A stretch of DNA of 63,932 bases, counting the filler, from Octopus bimaculoides (Eukaryota): the NCBI RefSeq assembly GCF_001194135.2. It is 6 parts of 6 records of this genome, joined end to end, with 100 filler letters (N's around TTAATTAATTAA, not from the genome) between each part and the next. Parts side by side here need not be neighbours in the genome. Positions count along the whole stretch, not along the records: positions 1 to 14,270 come from NC_068994.1; positions 14,371 to 29,706 come from NC_068984.1; 4 more parts are not named here. The stretch is one strand, 5' to 3'. A program made the position numbers and the translations under genes. Each line of letters opens with the position of its first letter. Position 1 is the first letter of the stretch. Shown piece after piece: positions 12,078 through 24,659 of this stretch. Below the pieces are notes generated by a model. It made no database searches. It was not told where the DNA came from and saw nothing but the letters and a program-made list of their open reading frames with translations.

Positions 12078-14054
12078 CATCATCATCATCATTGTTTAAC
12101 GTCCGCTTTCCATGCTAGCATGGGTTGGACAATTTGACTGAAGACTGGCGAACCAAATGGCTACACCAGGCTCCAATCTAATCTGGCAGAGTTTCTACTG
12201 TTGGATGCCCTTCCTAATGCCAACCACTCGAAGAGTGTAGTGAGTGCTTTTACGTGCCACCAGCATGAGAGCCAGTCTGGCGGTACTGGCAACAGCCACG
12301 CTCAAATGGTGTTTTTACGTGCCACCTGCACAGGAGTCAGTGTAGCGATGCAACGACCTCGCTTGAATGTTTCGTTCACATGCCACTGGCACAAGTGCCA
12401 GTAAGGCGATGCTAGTAACGATCATGCTCAAATGGTGCTTTTTACGTGCCATCGGCATGGAAGCCAGACCGCTGCTCTGGCAGTGATCCTGCTCGGATGG
12501 TGCGGTTAGTGCTCCACTGACATGGGTGCCAGTCATTGAATTTGGTTCTGTTATGATTTCACTTGCCCCAACAGGTCTTCGCAAGCAGAATTTAGTGTCC
12601 AATGAAGGATGGTTGGCATATGTGCCAGTCGTTGAATTTGGTTTGATTTCGATTTCAATTTTGATTTCACTTGCCTCAACAGGGCTTAGCAAGCAGGGAT
12701 TTGTGTCCAAAGAAGGAAAGGTATGCATAAGTGGGCTAGCTACACCCCTGGTAAAGGTCACGGGTAATGGTTTCACTTGGCTTGCCGGGTCTTCTCACAC
12801 ACAGCATATTTCGAAAGGTCTTGGTCACTAGTCATTACCTTGGTGAGGCCTAATGTTTGAAGGTAATGCTTCACCACCTCATCCCAGGTCTTCCTGGGTC
12901 TACCTCTTCCACAGGTACCATCAACCGCTTGGCTGTGGCACTTTTTCACACAGCTATCCTCATCTATTCTCGCCAAATGACCATACCAGTGCAATCGTCT
13001 CTCTTGCACACCACAACTGATGCTTCTTAGGTCCAACTTTTCTCTCAAGGTACTAACACTCTGTCGAGTATGCACACTGACATTACACATCCATCGGAGC
13101 ATACTGGCTTCGTTCTTTGTGAGCTTACGCATGTCTTCAGCAGTCACAGCCCATCTTTCACTGCCATGTAGCATGGCTGTTCGTACACATGCGTCATACA
13201 GTCTGCCTTTTACTCTGAGTGATAGGCCCTTTGTCACCAACAGAGGTAAGAGCTCTCTGAACTTTGCCCAGGCTATTCTTATTCTAGCAGCTACAGTTTC
13301 AGCGCACCGTCCCCCACTACTGACTCGGTCACCTAGGTAAAGGAAGCTATCAACTACTTCTAGTTTTTCTCCCTGGAATGTGGTAGAAGTTGTTTTTTTT
13401 CAATGTTTATTGCTCCTGAGCATCTACCACATACAAAAACTATCTTGCTAATTAGCCTTCCTTTGATATTGCTGCACCTCTTAGGTGTCCATAGCTTACA
13501 CTGGGTAGGGCCATCTACCTGAAGGGGTTTGTGGTTTGTCTACCTTTCTACTTATTAGGACTTTAGTTTTAGCTAGGTTGACTCTAAGGCCCTTCGATTG
13601 TAATCCTTGCTTCCACACCTGAAACTTCTCTAGTTCTGATAGTGACTCAGCAATTAAAGCAAGGTCATCAGCATAGAGGAGCTCCCAGGGGCATCCTGTC
13701 TTGAATTCCTGTGTTATTGCCTGGAGGACTATGATAAATAGGAGGAGGCTGAGGACTGAACCTTGGTGGACCCCTACTTCTACCTGGAATTCTTCACTGT
13801 ACTCATTGCCAACCCTCACCCTACTAACGGCGTCCCTGTACATGGCTCGCACAGCTCTCAAAGGCTTTCTCCATGTCAACAAAAGCCAGGTACAATGTTT
13901 TATCTTTGTCTAGGTATTTCTCCTGCAGCTGTCTTACCAGAAATATAGCATCAGTGGTGCTTTTCCCTGGCATGAACCCAAACTGCATCTCATCTAAACT
14001 GACTCTCTCCCTAATTAGTTGGGCTATGACCCTCTCTGTGACCTTCATTACCTG
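12078..14054 (-). mobile_element. 5'-truncated RTE-clade LINE (RT domain, C-terminus, 3' UTR), frameshifted
   Basis: Minus ORF pieces QFGFMPGKSTTDAIFLVRQLQEK..FVDMEKAF, GVHQGSVLSLLLFIIVL..LLYADDLAL and KGRLYDACVRTAMLHGSE..QERRLHWYGH..GRGRPRKTW; internal deletion after KAF; (GAT)n tail at 12078. Confidence 0.93.
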
Positions 14055-14270
14055 TAATGTTATATATATATAAGAGATGGCAGCGACATCCGAAAATTGG
14101 AGCTTTATCATGGCTATTGACGAATTGTCACATTATTTACAGTTAAATTCCTCTATTTACATAATATCGGGGTCAACCAAAGCCTTGTGAGTGGATTTGG
14201 TAGACGGAAACTGAAAGACCATCGTATATATATATATATAAATATATATATACATATATATACATATATA

Positions 14271-14370
14271 NNNNNNNNNNNNNNNNNNNNNNNNNNNNNN
14301 NNNNNNNNNNNNNNTTAATTAATTAANNNNNNNNNNNNNNNNNNNNNNNNNNNNNNNNNNNNNNNNNNNN
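14271..14370. other. Artificial 100 bp assembly spacer N44-TTAATTAATTAA-N44 (also 29707-29806, 36384-36483, 57661-57760, 62694-62793)
   Basis: Same geometry five times; the 12-mer is a palindrome with stops in all six frames. Confidence 0.95.
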
Positions 14371-14745
14371 ATGTGGTTGAGGTGGTGGTGTTGGTGATGG
14401 TGGTGGTGGTGGTGGTGGTGGTGTTGGTGGTGGTGGTGGTGGTTGTGGTGGTGCTGGTGCTGGTGGTGGCAGTGGTGGTGATGCTAGTGGTAGTGGTAGG
14501 GGTAGTGATGAAAGTGGTAGTAATAGTTGTATAACTGAGGACGGGGGTGAGGATGGACTTGGTATTGAGGATGGTAGTGGTGGTGGTGGTGGTGGTGATG
14601 GTGAGGTGACAGTGGAGGTAGCGATGCCGGCATTGATGATGATTATGATGATTATGATGATGATGATGATGATGACGAAAGCGATGACGACGAAAACGAT
14701 GACGACGATGGTGATGACGATTGTAACGATTACAACGATGACATA
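14371..14745. repeat. Compound (GGT)n/(GAT)n/(GAC)n trinucleotide tract
   Basis: Direct inspection; sits next to an assembly spacer. Confidence 0.9.
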
Positions 14746-14935
14746 ACATTCCCCCCTCGAATGAAAAGAGAAAAAAAATTACTTCTAGGAATCTATTCAA
14801 GACATTCTGAAGAACTCATGAATATAATAAGAGCAGCTGGAGAGACGGCCAAACTCCATATACACAGACAAACTACACACACACGCACGCGCGCACACAC
14901 ACACGCACGCGCGCACACACACACACAAACACACA

Positions 14936-14966
<31 letters not shown>

Positions 14967-15653
14967 TTGTGCGTGTGTGTGTACGTGTATCTATTATGCA
15001 TTTCAATGCATGTACATGTACATAATTCTTTCATGTGTATTACTGCTCATGTTTTAGTTTCTGAGAGAGTGTGTGTGTGTGTGTGTGTGNNNNNNNNNNN
15101 NNNNNNNNNNNNNNNNNNNNNNNNNNNNNNNNNNNNNNNNNNNNNNNNNNNNNNNNNNNNNNNNNNNNNNNNNNNNNNNNNNNNNNNNNNNNNNNNNNNN
15201 NNNNNNNNNNNNNNNNNNNNNNNNNNNNNNNNNNNNNNNNNNNNNNNNNNNNNNNNNNNNNNNNNNNNNNNNNNNNNNNNNNNNNNNNNNNNNNNNNNNN
15301 NNNNNNNNNNNNNNNNNNNNNNNNNNNNNNNNNNNNNNNNNNNNNNNNNNNNNNNNNNNNNNNNNNNNNNNNNNNNNNNNNNNNNNNNNNNNNNNNNNNN
15401 NNNNNNNNNNNNNNNNNNNNNNNNNNNNNNNNNNNNNNNNNNNNNNNNNNNNNNNNNNNNNNNNNNNNNNNNNNNNNNNNNNNNNNNNNNNNNNNNNNNN
15501 NNNNNNNNNNNNNNNNNNNNNNNNNNNNNNNNNNNNNNNNNNNNNNNNNNNNNNNNNNNNNNNNNNNNNNNNNNNNNNNNNNNNNNNNCATATATATACA
15601 TATATATACATATATACATATGTACATACACACACACACAAACACACACACAG

Positions 15654-15714
<61 letters not shown>

Positions 15715-15717
15715 CAT

Positions 15718-16095
15718 AGGCGCAGGCGTGGCTGTGTGGTAAGAAGTTTGCTTCCCAACCACATGGTTCCGGGTTCAGTTCCACTGCATGGCATCTTCTG
15801 CTATAGCTTTGGGTCGACCTAAGCTTTGTGAGTGGATTTGGTAGACGGAAACTGAAAGAAGCCCGTCGTATATATTTATATATGTATATGGTCGTGTGTG
15901 TGCTTGCCCCCCTCCACCATCACTTAACAATCGATGTTGGTGTGTTTACGTCCCCATAACCTAATGGTTCTGCAAAAGAAACCGATAGAATAAGTACTGG
16001 GCTTACAAAGAATGAGTCCTGGGGTCGATTTGCTCGACTAAAGGCAGTGCTCCAGCATGACCGCAGTCAAGTGACTGAAACAAGTAAAAGAATAG
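15718..16095 (+). mobile_element. tRNA-derived SINE family B, near full length
   Basis: aggcgcaggcgtggctgtgtggtaag head, B-box-like ggttcagtt, gtgagtggatttggtagacggaaactgaaagaagc body. Other copies or fragments at 14168-14230, 18588-18870, 36160-36330, 53745-53955, 54122-54450. Confidence 0.85.
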
Positions 16096-16991
16096 AAGAA
16101 TAGATAGATAGATAGATAGATATGTGTGTGTATGTGAGTGAGTGAGTGAGTGAGTTTGTGCGTGGGTATATTAGTGCAGGTAAGATGTGGGTCTGTAAGC
16201 AAAGTGTTATGAGCGTAAGTGTATGTATGTGTGCGTGGGTACCCGTCTGATTATTTCCTCATGTGTTTATATATATATATGCATGGATGTATGCATGTAT
16301 GTGTACATGTATGTATGCATGCATGTCTGTATTATGTATGTATGTATGTATGTATGTATGTATTTATGTTTGTATTTGTACGCATGTGCTGGGTTGTTCG
16401 TGTAGATAAATGTCTATATACAAGATATATCTATATACTTACGTGCCTATCTGTACCAATGACCATATGTAATAGTTTTCGTATGTGTCCCTCTGTGTGT
16501 GTAATGCATGTGCNNNNNNNNNNNNNNNNNNNNNNNNNNNNNNNNNNNNNNNNNNNNNNNNNNNNNNNNNNNNNNNNNNNNNNNNNNNNNNNNNNNNNNN
16601 NNNNNNNNNNNNNNNNNNNNNNNNNNNNNNNNNNNNNNNNNNNNNNNNNNNNNNNNNNNNNNNNNNNNNNNNNNNNNNNNNNNNNNNNNNNNNNNNNNNN
16701 NNNNNNNNNNNNNNNNNNNNNNNNNNNNGAGAGGGATGAGGAGAGGAGAAAGAATAAGAAAGAAAGAAAGAAAGAAAGGCGAGTGCAAAAGTTAGAGGTG
16801 GAAACCGGCCGGTGGAGAAAGAGTAGGGAAAAGAAGCAAACGGGGGAGAGGGAAGGGGACAGAGAGAGAGAGGGAGACAGAAAGAGACAGAGAGAGACAG
16901 AGAGAGACAGCGAGAGTGACAGACCGATAGACAGACAGACCGATAGACAGATTTGTAGGTAGGTAGGTAGGTAGGTAAGTAGGTAAGCGAT

Positions 16992-17034
<43 letters not shown>

Positions 17035-17642
17035 TCAGACAGACAGACAGAGACAGAGAGAGACAGAGGTGGTGGGGGAGGAAGATGTTGCGGGATGAAG
17101 CCGGGGGGATGAAGACCATCGGTGGCACACAGTCACCGTTGCTGAGTTTGTCGACTCGGAATGCTTTGTTGCGAGCTTATGTCAACACGCCACCACTGTG
17201 GAAAAATGACTCAGCTCACCCAACCGCCATTACTTTGTACAGAGGACAGGGTTAAAATATAAAATAAAAAAAAAAAGGGCTGTTAAGATAAGGGGAGAAA
17301 CAGAGTGTGTAGCTTTTGTCTATACCTTTTCCGGTGATTCTCGCTAAAAATGGAAGAGCATACTGGAGATAGACAGCCTATTTGTCACCTTCATTTATTT
17401 ACTTCATTTCACAACCATACAATCTCACCGTCCCTCCATTTCTCCGTTCCTCTTTTCCTTCCTTCCTTCCTTCCTCATATCTCTTTATGTATCTACACAT
17501 ACTGGATGGTGTGTGTGTGTGTGTGTGTGTGTAGGGAAGGAGTTACTTATTTGTGTTACTGTGTCTGTCTGTGTGTAATGTATTTTCTATATGTGTTTCT
17601 CAGGTATGAATCCATGCATTTATATGCATATATAGATACATT

Positions 17643-17688
<46 letters not shown>

Positions 17689-18652
17689 TATGTGTGTGTG
17701 TGTGTGCATATACAGATTGAGAGAGAGAGGGAGGGAGAGATAGATAGAATGATAGATACATACATGCATGCATGCGTACATAAATGCACATACATAGGTA
17801 TAGATAAGTTTACATATATATATATACATACATACACATACATGCATACATATGTATATATATANNNNNNNNNNNNNNNNNNNNNNNNNNNNNNNNNNNN
17901 NNNNNNNNNNNNNNNNNNNNNNNNNNNNNNNNNNNNNNNNNNNNNNNNNNNNNNNNNNNNNNNNNNNNNNNNNNNNNNNNNNNNNNNNNNNNNNNNNNNN
18001 NNNNNNNNNNNNNNNNNNNNNNNNNNNNNNNNNNNNNNNNNNNNNNNNNNNNNNNNNNNNNNNNNNNNNNNNNNNNNNNNNNNNNNNNNNNNNNNNNNNN
18101 NNNNNNNNNNNNNNNNNNNNNNNNNNNNNNNNNNNNNNNNNNNNNNNNNNNNNNNNNNNNNNNNNNNNNNNNNNNNNNNNNNNNNNNNNNNNNNNNNNNN
18201 NNNNNNNNNNNNNNNNNNNNNNNNNNNNNNNNNNNNNNNNNNNNNNNNNNNNNNNNNNNNNNNNNNNNNNNNNNNNNNNNNNNNNNNNNNNNNNNNNNNN
18301 NNNNNNNNNNNNNNNNNNNNNNNNNNNNNNNNNNNNNNNNNNNNNNNNNNNNNNNNNNNNNNNNNNNNNNNNNNNNNNNNNNNNNNNNNNNNNNNNNNNN
18401 NNNNNNNNNNNNNNNNNNNNNNNNNNNNNNNNNNNNNNNNNNNNNNNNNNNNNNNNNNNNNNNNNNNNNNNNNNNNNNNNNNNNNNNNNNNNNNNNNNNN
18501 NNNNNNNNNNNNNNNNNNNNNNNNNNNNNNNNNNNNNNNNNNNNNNNNNNNNNNNNNNNNNNNNNNNNNNNNNNNNNNNNNNTATATAGGTACAGGTGTG
18601 GCTGTGTGGTACAAAATTTGTTTCCCAACCACAGAGCTACACTTGTGCCTAT

Positions 18653-18690
<38 letters not shown>

Positions 18691-19051
18691 GTATAGGCAC
18701 AGGTGTGGCTGTGTGGTAAAAAGTTTGCTTCCCAACCATATGGTACCGGGTTCAGTCACCTCTTGTGACACATTAGGCAAGTATTTGTCACTATAGCCAA
18801 GGGTCGACCAAAGCCTTACTCTTGGATTTGGTAGCTGGAAGCTGAAAGAAGCACGTCGTGTATATATATCCGCGCGCACGTGTGTGTATATGCGTTTGTG
18901 TGGGTGTGTAAATGTACAATATAATTTTCAAAGAGCTATGTGATTCACATTGTCAGATCTCGACTCGAGAGTTCCGTGATTTTTGTCTCAATATTCTGAA
19001 TAAATCAAGCTTTTCAGTGAGTGTTGTTATTTTAATCAATCTATGTATATA

Positions 19052-19759
19052 CAGGAGTTGGACAAAATAATGGAAACACCTAAAAATTTCAAACACATTT
19101 ATTTTAATATGGGGTAGAACCGCCTTTGGCAGTAATTACAGCTTGAATTCTACGCGGTATGGACTTGTACAGAGTTTGAATACTTTCCAAAAGAATTTTC
19201 GTCCATTCTTCAGCTAAAACAGTCTCCATTTCTTGAAGTGAAAAAGGTGGAAGATATCGACACCTTACTTGTTTTTCTAAAATGCACCATATTTGTTCAA
19301 TAATATTGAAATCTGGGGACTGTGGTTAGCCAGATAAGATATTCAACTTCACTAGAATGTTCCTTATGCTATTCAGTAACAACTGTAGCTGTGTGAATTG
19401 GTGCATTATCATCCTGAAAGATTGCGTTTCCCTCCGGAAACAATTCCGCAGCCATAGGATGAATTTGATCTGATAAAATGCTTAAATAGTCTTGATTATT
19501 AATTCTGCCATGAAGAGAAACCATTGGGTCGGTGGATTTCCAAGATATAGCCCCCCCCCCAATCATTACAGATCTTCCTTCATGTTTAACAGTCAGAAGA
19601 AGACAGTGTGGGTCAAATGCTTCTTTTGCCTGTCTCCACACGTATGCTCAGCCAGCGGTTGGAAATAAGGTAAAGGATGACTGGTCCGAGAAAATAACAT
19701 TCTTCCACTGCTCTATGGACCAATTTTGTAGGTTTTTACTCGATTCTAAACGTTTTGCA

Positions 19760-19793
<34 letters not shown>

Positions 19794-19950
19794 CGAAATG
19801 CAGCGTGGAAATGATTGACGGAAAAAGACAAAGTACAAATAATAAATATGAGGCCTTCTCATCATCCTTTGAGACCATACTCAGTATTGTCTCAGCACAT
19901 TTAAAGTCCAAAGCCTACTCCTCTGGTTGCACCAGTGGTATAGGAAATAT
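19052..19950 (-). mobile_element. Tc1-like DNA transposon relic (DDE transposase pseudogene, one TIR visible)
   Basis: Minus-strand WKNVIFSDQSSF, TVKHEGRSVMIGGGAISW and IFQDDNAPIHTA motifs; TA-flanked terminus caggagttggacaaaataatggaaacacc at 19052. Confidence 0.88.
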
Positions 19951-21949
19951 TACTTAGATGATGGACAAACAAAGACTATAAGTGAAGGTCAATCACATAG
20001 AAGTGACATAACTGCGGTCATGCTGGTGGACATGGCTACGGCCATGCTGGGTCACCATTTTCAAAGGTGTAGTTGATTATATCGACTGGGTATTATTTCA
20101 TTGACTTTGATCAGATGAAAGACAAAGTGGACGTAGACTTTGACACGAACCAACACCAAAAACGTTAAGATGTTTTATCTATCATTCTATCGATTTTGTC
20201 ATATTGTGCATTTTCCTTTAAGTGTATGTGTTTATTATAATATTCTATAACACTGACATAGATTTCAGTATAATGAGTCTCCAACACTACCAAGTCAGTT
20301 TATGTGTTCACGGTTGGCTATGACTAAACATCTAAAAACAACGGAACTGACTGTTTCCAAACAGCGTCTACATCAATACTGGATTTATGCATTAGTTAAA
20401 CAATCTACAGCTTAAGGCATGACACTCAACAGCTGCCTAAAAATAACTAGAAAGCAGATGTGCTTTCAATTTTTTAAACAAAAGGCCTCCTTACGAGCTA
20501 AAGCTGACAATCATACGCATAGTCTACATATCGTATTTATAGTCTGTTTTATTTATATGTTTTGGCTAGTTTATAACTGGAAAATATTTGCTTTGCCGCT
20601 CTTGTAGAAATAAAAGTAATCCATTGATAAAAGGTTCATGAGAGAGCTATCTCTGAGAGATCTGGCAGAGATACTGAATGCCTACAATGAATCCTTGAAA
20701 TGCTGAATGGCTGCAATCAATCAATTGAAACTTTAAACCTTGTGTTTTTCATTAAGCCTCATCTGATGTCACACCGAACCAGATTAGAACATCTCCTCAT
20801 TTGCTTGCTTTAGAAAACACAGGTTTTGCTTGTCAAGATACCCGCTTGCTATCAACGACCACAGCAAAGATCTCAAGAGCCCATACCGTATCTGATGATG
20901 TGCAAGCTTGCACTGAAGCTGCAACACGAAGGAAAATTCCTGGAGAGTAAGCAGGCGGAGATAACCGTCTGTTTACTACGCCTTTTCACAGCTCCTATCT
21001 TTGACCTGCAGTTCTGGATCAAACGTAGAGCCGAGTTACCTGGAATGTGTAGCCCCGACTCCAGTACACATTCTTCACACTGGTCATTATAAAACGGAGT
21101 GAATTGTCGGAAATGTTAAAGAACCGGCTCAAATGCAACTGTCCTGTACTTCTATAGTTTGAGCTCAAATCTAGTAAAGGTGCACCATGATTTCAGTCCT
21201 ACTATTAGGTAAATAGTCTCCAAAAGATACTATTAAGTAAGGGACCTTTCTATTTGACTACATATTCTTCTCTATATATTTTTATCGTTGATTCTGTTTA
21301 ACGTTCTCATTATCTGTGTATATATATCTTTGTCAGCCTTTCTTTTTCTGCCTCTCTGCATTTTTGGTGTATCTATCTACTCTGCCTTTAACTTTCTGTC
21401 TCGTTCTTTCTTTACTTATACATATATATATGTGTTTTAGCGTGTGTAGATGCATGTGTTCGTGTATAAGTATATAAATATATGTGCGTCTGTGTGTGTA
21501 TGCATATGTACAAATAAATATATACATATATTTCCTACACATATAGAGAGAAGAGCACGGAGAGGGAAATCAATAACATATAATTGGTTTGTATCTACGC
21601 ATATATGTGTTTATCTGCCTATCTATTTACATAACTATGCGTATATCGTCTACGACAATATTTCCAAGTTAAATAAATTGCTTTCACCATGTCAAGAATT
21701 TTGCTACCACATTTGTGTTAATTTAAACTTTGAAAATCATTAATCAAATATTTTCCCTGTAAAAAAGTGTTTGTAATAATACTTAAAAAATAAGCATGAA
21801 TAGTTTCAGTATTTGAGTTCAAATTAAAACAACCACTCTTCTTTGAAATTCTTGCTTGGGTTACACTTGGACACTAGATAAGTGTATGTGTCTACTTTTT
21901 ATCTTAAAACCTTATGTCATTACATGAAGAACTTGAAGGCACGTAGTCC

Positions 21950-22205
21950 AGTAGCAAAGGTATAGAGGTCATTGTTATTATGTTCGTAAGTTCGATGCTC
22001 TGACTGGTGGTATGTTGTATCCTTGAGCAAGGAGCCGTATTTTACTTTGCAGCTGGAAATGGGTACCAAAGAGATCTGGAGGGGGTTAACTCAGCGACGT
22101 ACTAGCGTCCGTTTCGGGGACGTGACAAGTATTCTAAGCCTAAAGACCTTGAAAATCTGGACAAGCTCCGGTCTCAAGAGCTTGTAGGCTCAATGCAAAC
22201 TGGAA
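21950..22205 (+). mobile_element. Old CORE-like SINE relic
   Basis: gtagcaaagg..aagttcgat..tgtatccttgagcaagg, resembling the CORE-type tgtccttgagcaagacac motif; 3' gacaagctccgg. Confidence 0.45.
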
Positions 22206-23680
22206 TTTGTTGATATACTTGTTTACGAAATTCTCACATGATTCATATCTTTGGTGTTGTCAATAAACTGAGCGACCTACACTTACACCCATTATAAATC
22301 GCTCCCATATTACAGATAGCTGTATATAAATATATATATATATATATATANNNNNNNNNNNNNNNNNNNNNNNNNNNNNNNNNNNNNNNNNNNNNNNNNN
22401 NNNNNNNNNNNNNNNNNNNNNNNNNNNNNNNNNNNNNNNNNNNNNNNNNNNNNNNNNNNNNNNNNNNNNNNNNNNNNNNNNNNNNNNNNNNNNNNNNNNA
22501 TATAAATTTAGTTACTCCCTTTGCATTTTCAGATTTAAAATACCAAACAACATGTAATAGTGTAAGAAGAGTCAACCACCTCAAACGACCTGAACATATC
22601 TGATAAATGCCTGATTGACGTCATCGTCCGACTGCAAAGCAAGAATCTGATTGCAAATAAAAACAATAAACTTATAATACAGTCCGCTCTTTCTTTTATT
22701 TCCAGATTCTCTCGATAAAGCCTTATAGCAAAATGTTTTGGTAATCAAACGACTCATTTGTATGTTTAACATCAAAATAGAAAATTTGTAATTCGTAGAC
22801 TTTTGTACTGTATTCTGCGATGCCTATTTTTACTACGTCTATATACATGTGTATGCGTATGTGTATATCTATATATATATATATTTATATGTGTGTGTGT
22901 ATACACATATACACATGTCTATATATATATAGAATAATAATTATTATTATTATTATTATTCAGTAGTCTTATTTTTATCAAGTGCTTTCACTGCACTACC
23001 GAGCGCAGCTCTGTGTGCCTTAGGTATGTGCTGTGGTTTGTTGTGATGCTCTGATTTTTACTGTATTGAAAGTGTTTTACGTAAGATGTGTGCGGTTTCT
23101 AGTAGTGCTATTTTCTATATGTTATATATACTTGTTAGTCCTAGTCTATATAGTAGACGATATTCTCAAATTGTCCTTTTTTTATCATCTTATTTTCAAC
23201 AGTAGAGCATGAATTGAAGGTGATATGGCTGCTTTTTTTTTTTTACCAGGTATTAGATCTCGTTTTGTCGTTCCCTAGCGTTAAAAGCAAATAAACAGAG
23301 ACAGAAGTTAGTTAAGAACGAATAGAGATCTCACGTTTCACATAGAAACACTTCATCAGGTTAAGAATCTTACATGAATGAAACGTCAGGTGTCTGTTCC
23401 TTTTTCTTTCTCTTTTCTCGTACAACAAACTAATACACTTGCAATTTGTGAACTGTTTGTATTTGTTTTTTGCCAATACAGACCATTGTTAGTTTCTCCG
23501 GATAAAACTATTCCGCATTTCCACATAGTGTCACATGTATTCACCTGATTTGCATTATTTCTACTGATAAACAGAAGTTTAATTTTGTCCCGTCACTGAA
23601 TTGAAGTAAACATGTGACTTACAATCTAGAACATACATACACATATCTACGAAGTGTACATACATATGCGCGCGTGGTGC

Positions 23681-23724
<44 letters not shown>

Positions 23725-24659
23725 TTTTGGTCAATGCTACAAGGTTGGCAAACTGCCGGAAGTTTATTGTAGGTTTTTTTATTCTTTTGTTTTGTAATTT
23801 TTTCCTGTCTATAGTTATAGGCAACTATTTGTTTATACCACAATTGACATTCACTGAGTCATCTACACTAATTAGTCACACTATTGTTTCAGTAGTGCTT
23901 GTGTATGCGTATGTACGCGAGTATCCATGTGTATGTAATTGTGTATGCAGTTGTGTACGTGTGAATGTATGTCAATGCGTGTGTGTGTGATTTATGTGTG
24001 CGTGCGTGCATGCGTGTGTGAGTGTGGATAGAAGTACATATACTATTAAATAAAATGTTTTGTTATTTTTTAGTATAACTATTATTTGTGTTTTATGTAT
24101 GTATATATATATGTATAAGTGTGCGTAATTGTGTGAATATATATAATGCGTGTGTGATTTATGTGTACGTGCGTGCATGTGTGTGTGCGGGTGTGAGTGT
24201 GGATAGAAGTACATATACTATTAAATGAAATGTTTTGTTATTTTTTAGTATAAGTATTATTTATGTTTTATATATGTATATATATATGTGTGTGGGGGGT
24301 TGCATAAATGTGTGTATATGTATATAGATAGATAGATAGATAGATACGTATATATATATANNNNNNNNNNNNNNNNNNNNNNNNNNNNNNNNNNNNNNNN
24401 NNNNNNNNNNNNNNNNNNNNNNNNNNNNNNNNNNNNNNNNNNNNNNNNNNNNNNNNNNNNNNNNNNNNNNNNNNNNNNNNNNNNNNNNNNNNNNNNNNNN
24501 NNNNNNNNNNNNNNNNNNNNNNNNNNNNNNNNNNNNNNNNNNNNNNNNNNNNNNNNNNNNNNNNNNNNNNNNNNNNNNNNNNNNNNNNNNNNNNATATAT
24601 ATATATATATATATATATAAAGTTGTAGTATATTGTCAACTTAATGTGACAATCCCAAC

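Noticed and set aside
14315-14326. TTAATTAATTAA islands inside gaps (five occurrences)
   Set aside because: Always N44+12+N44 = 100 bp with stops in six frames; an assembly spacer, not biology.
14315-14800. Poly-Thr/His ORF and the many YIYI/CVCV/HTHT/X-filled ORFs
   Set aside because: Translations of microsatellites or N gaps.
20892-20925. CTGATGA followed by the palindrome gtgcaagcttgcac
   Set aside because: Followed by GAAG, not GAAA, with no stem III or NUH site.
23334-23390. Minus-strand CTGATGA..GAAACGT hammerhead-like words
   Set aside because: Stem II and stem I do not pair and the triplet is GUG; at most an old Penelope-type relic.
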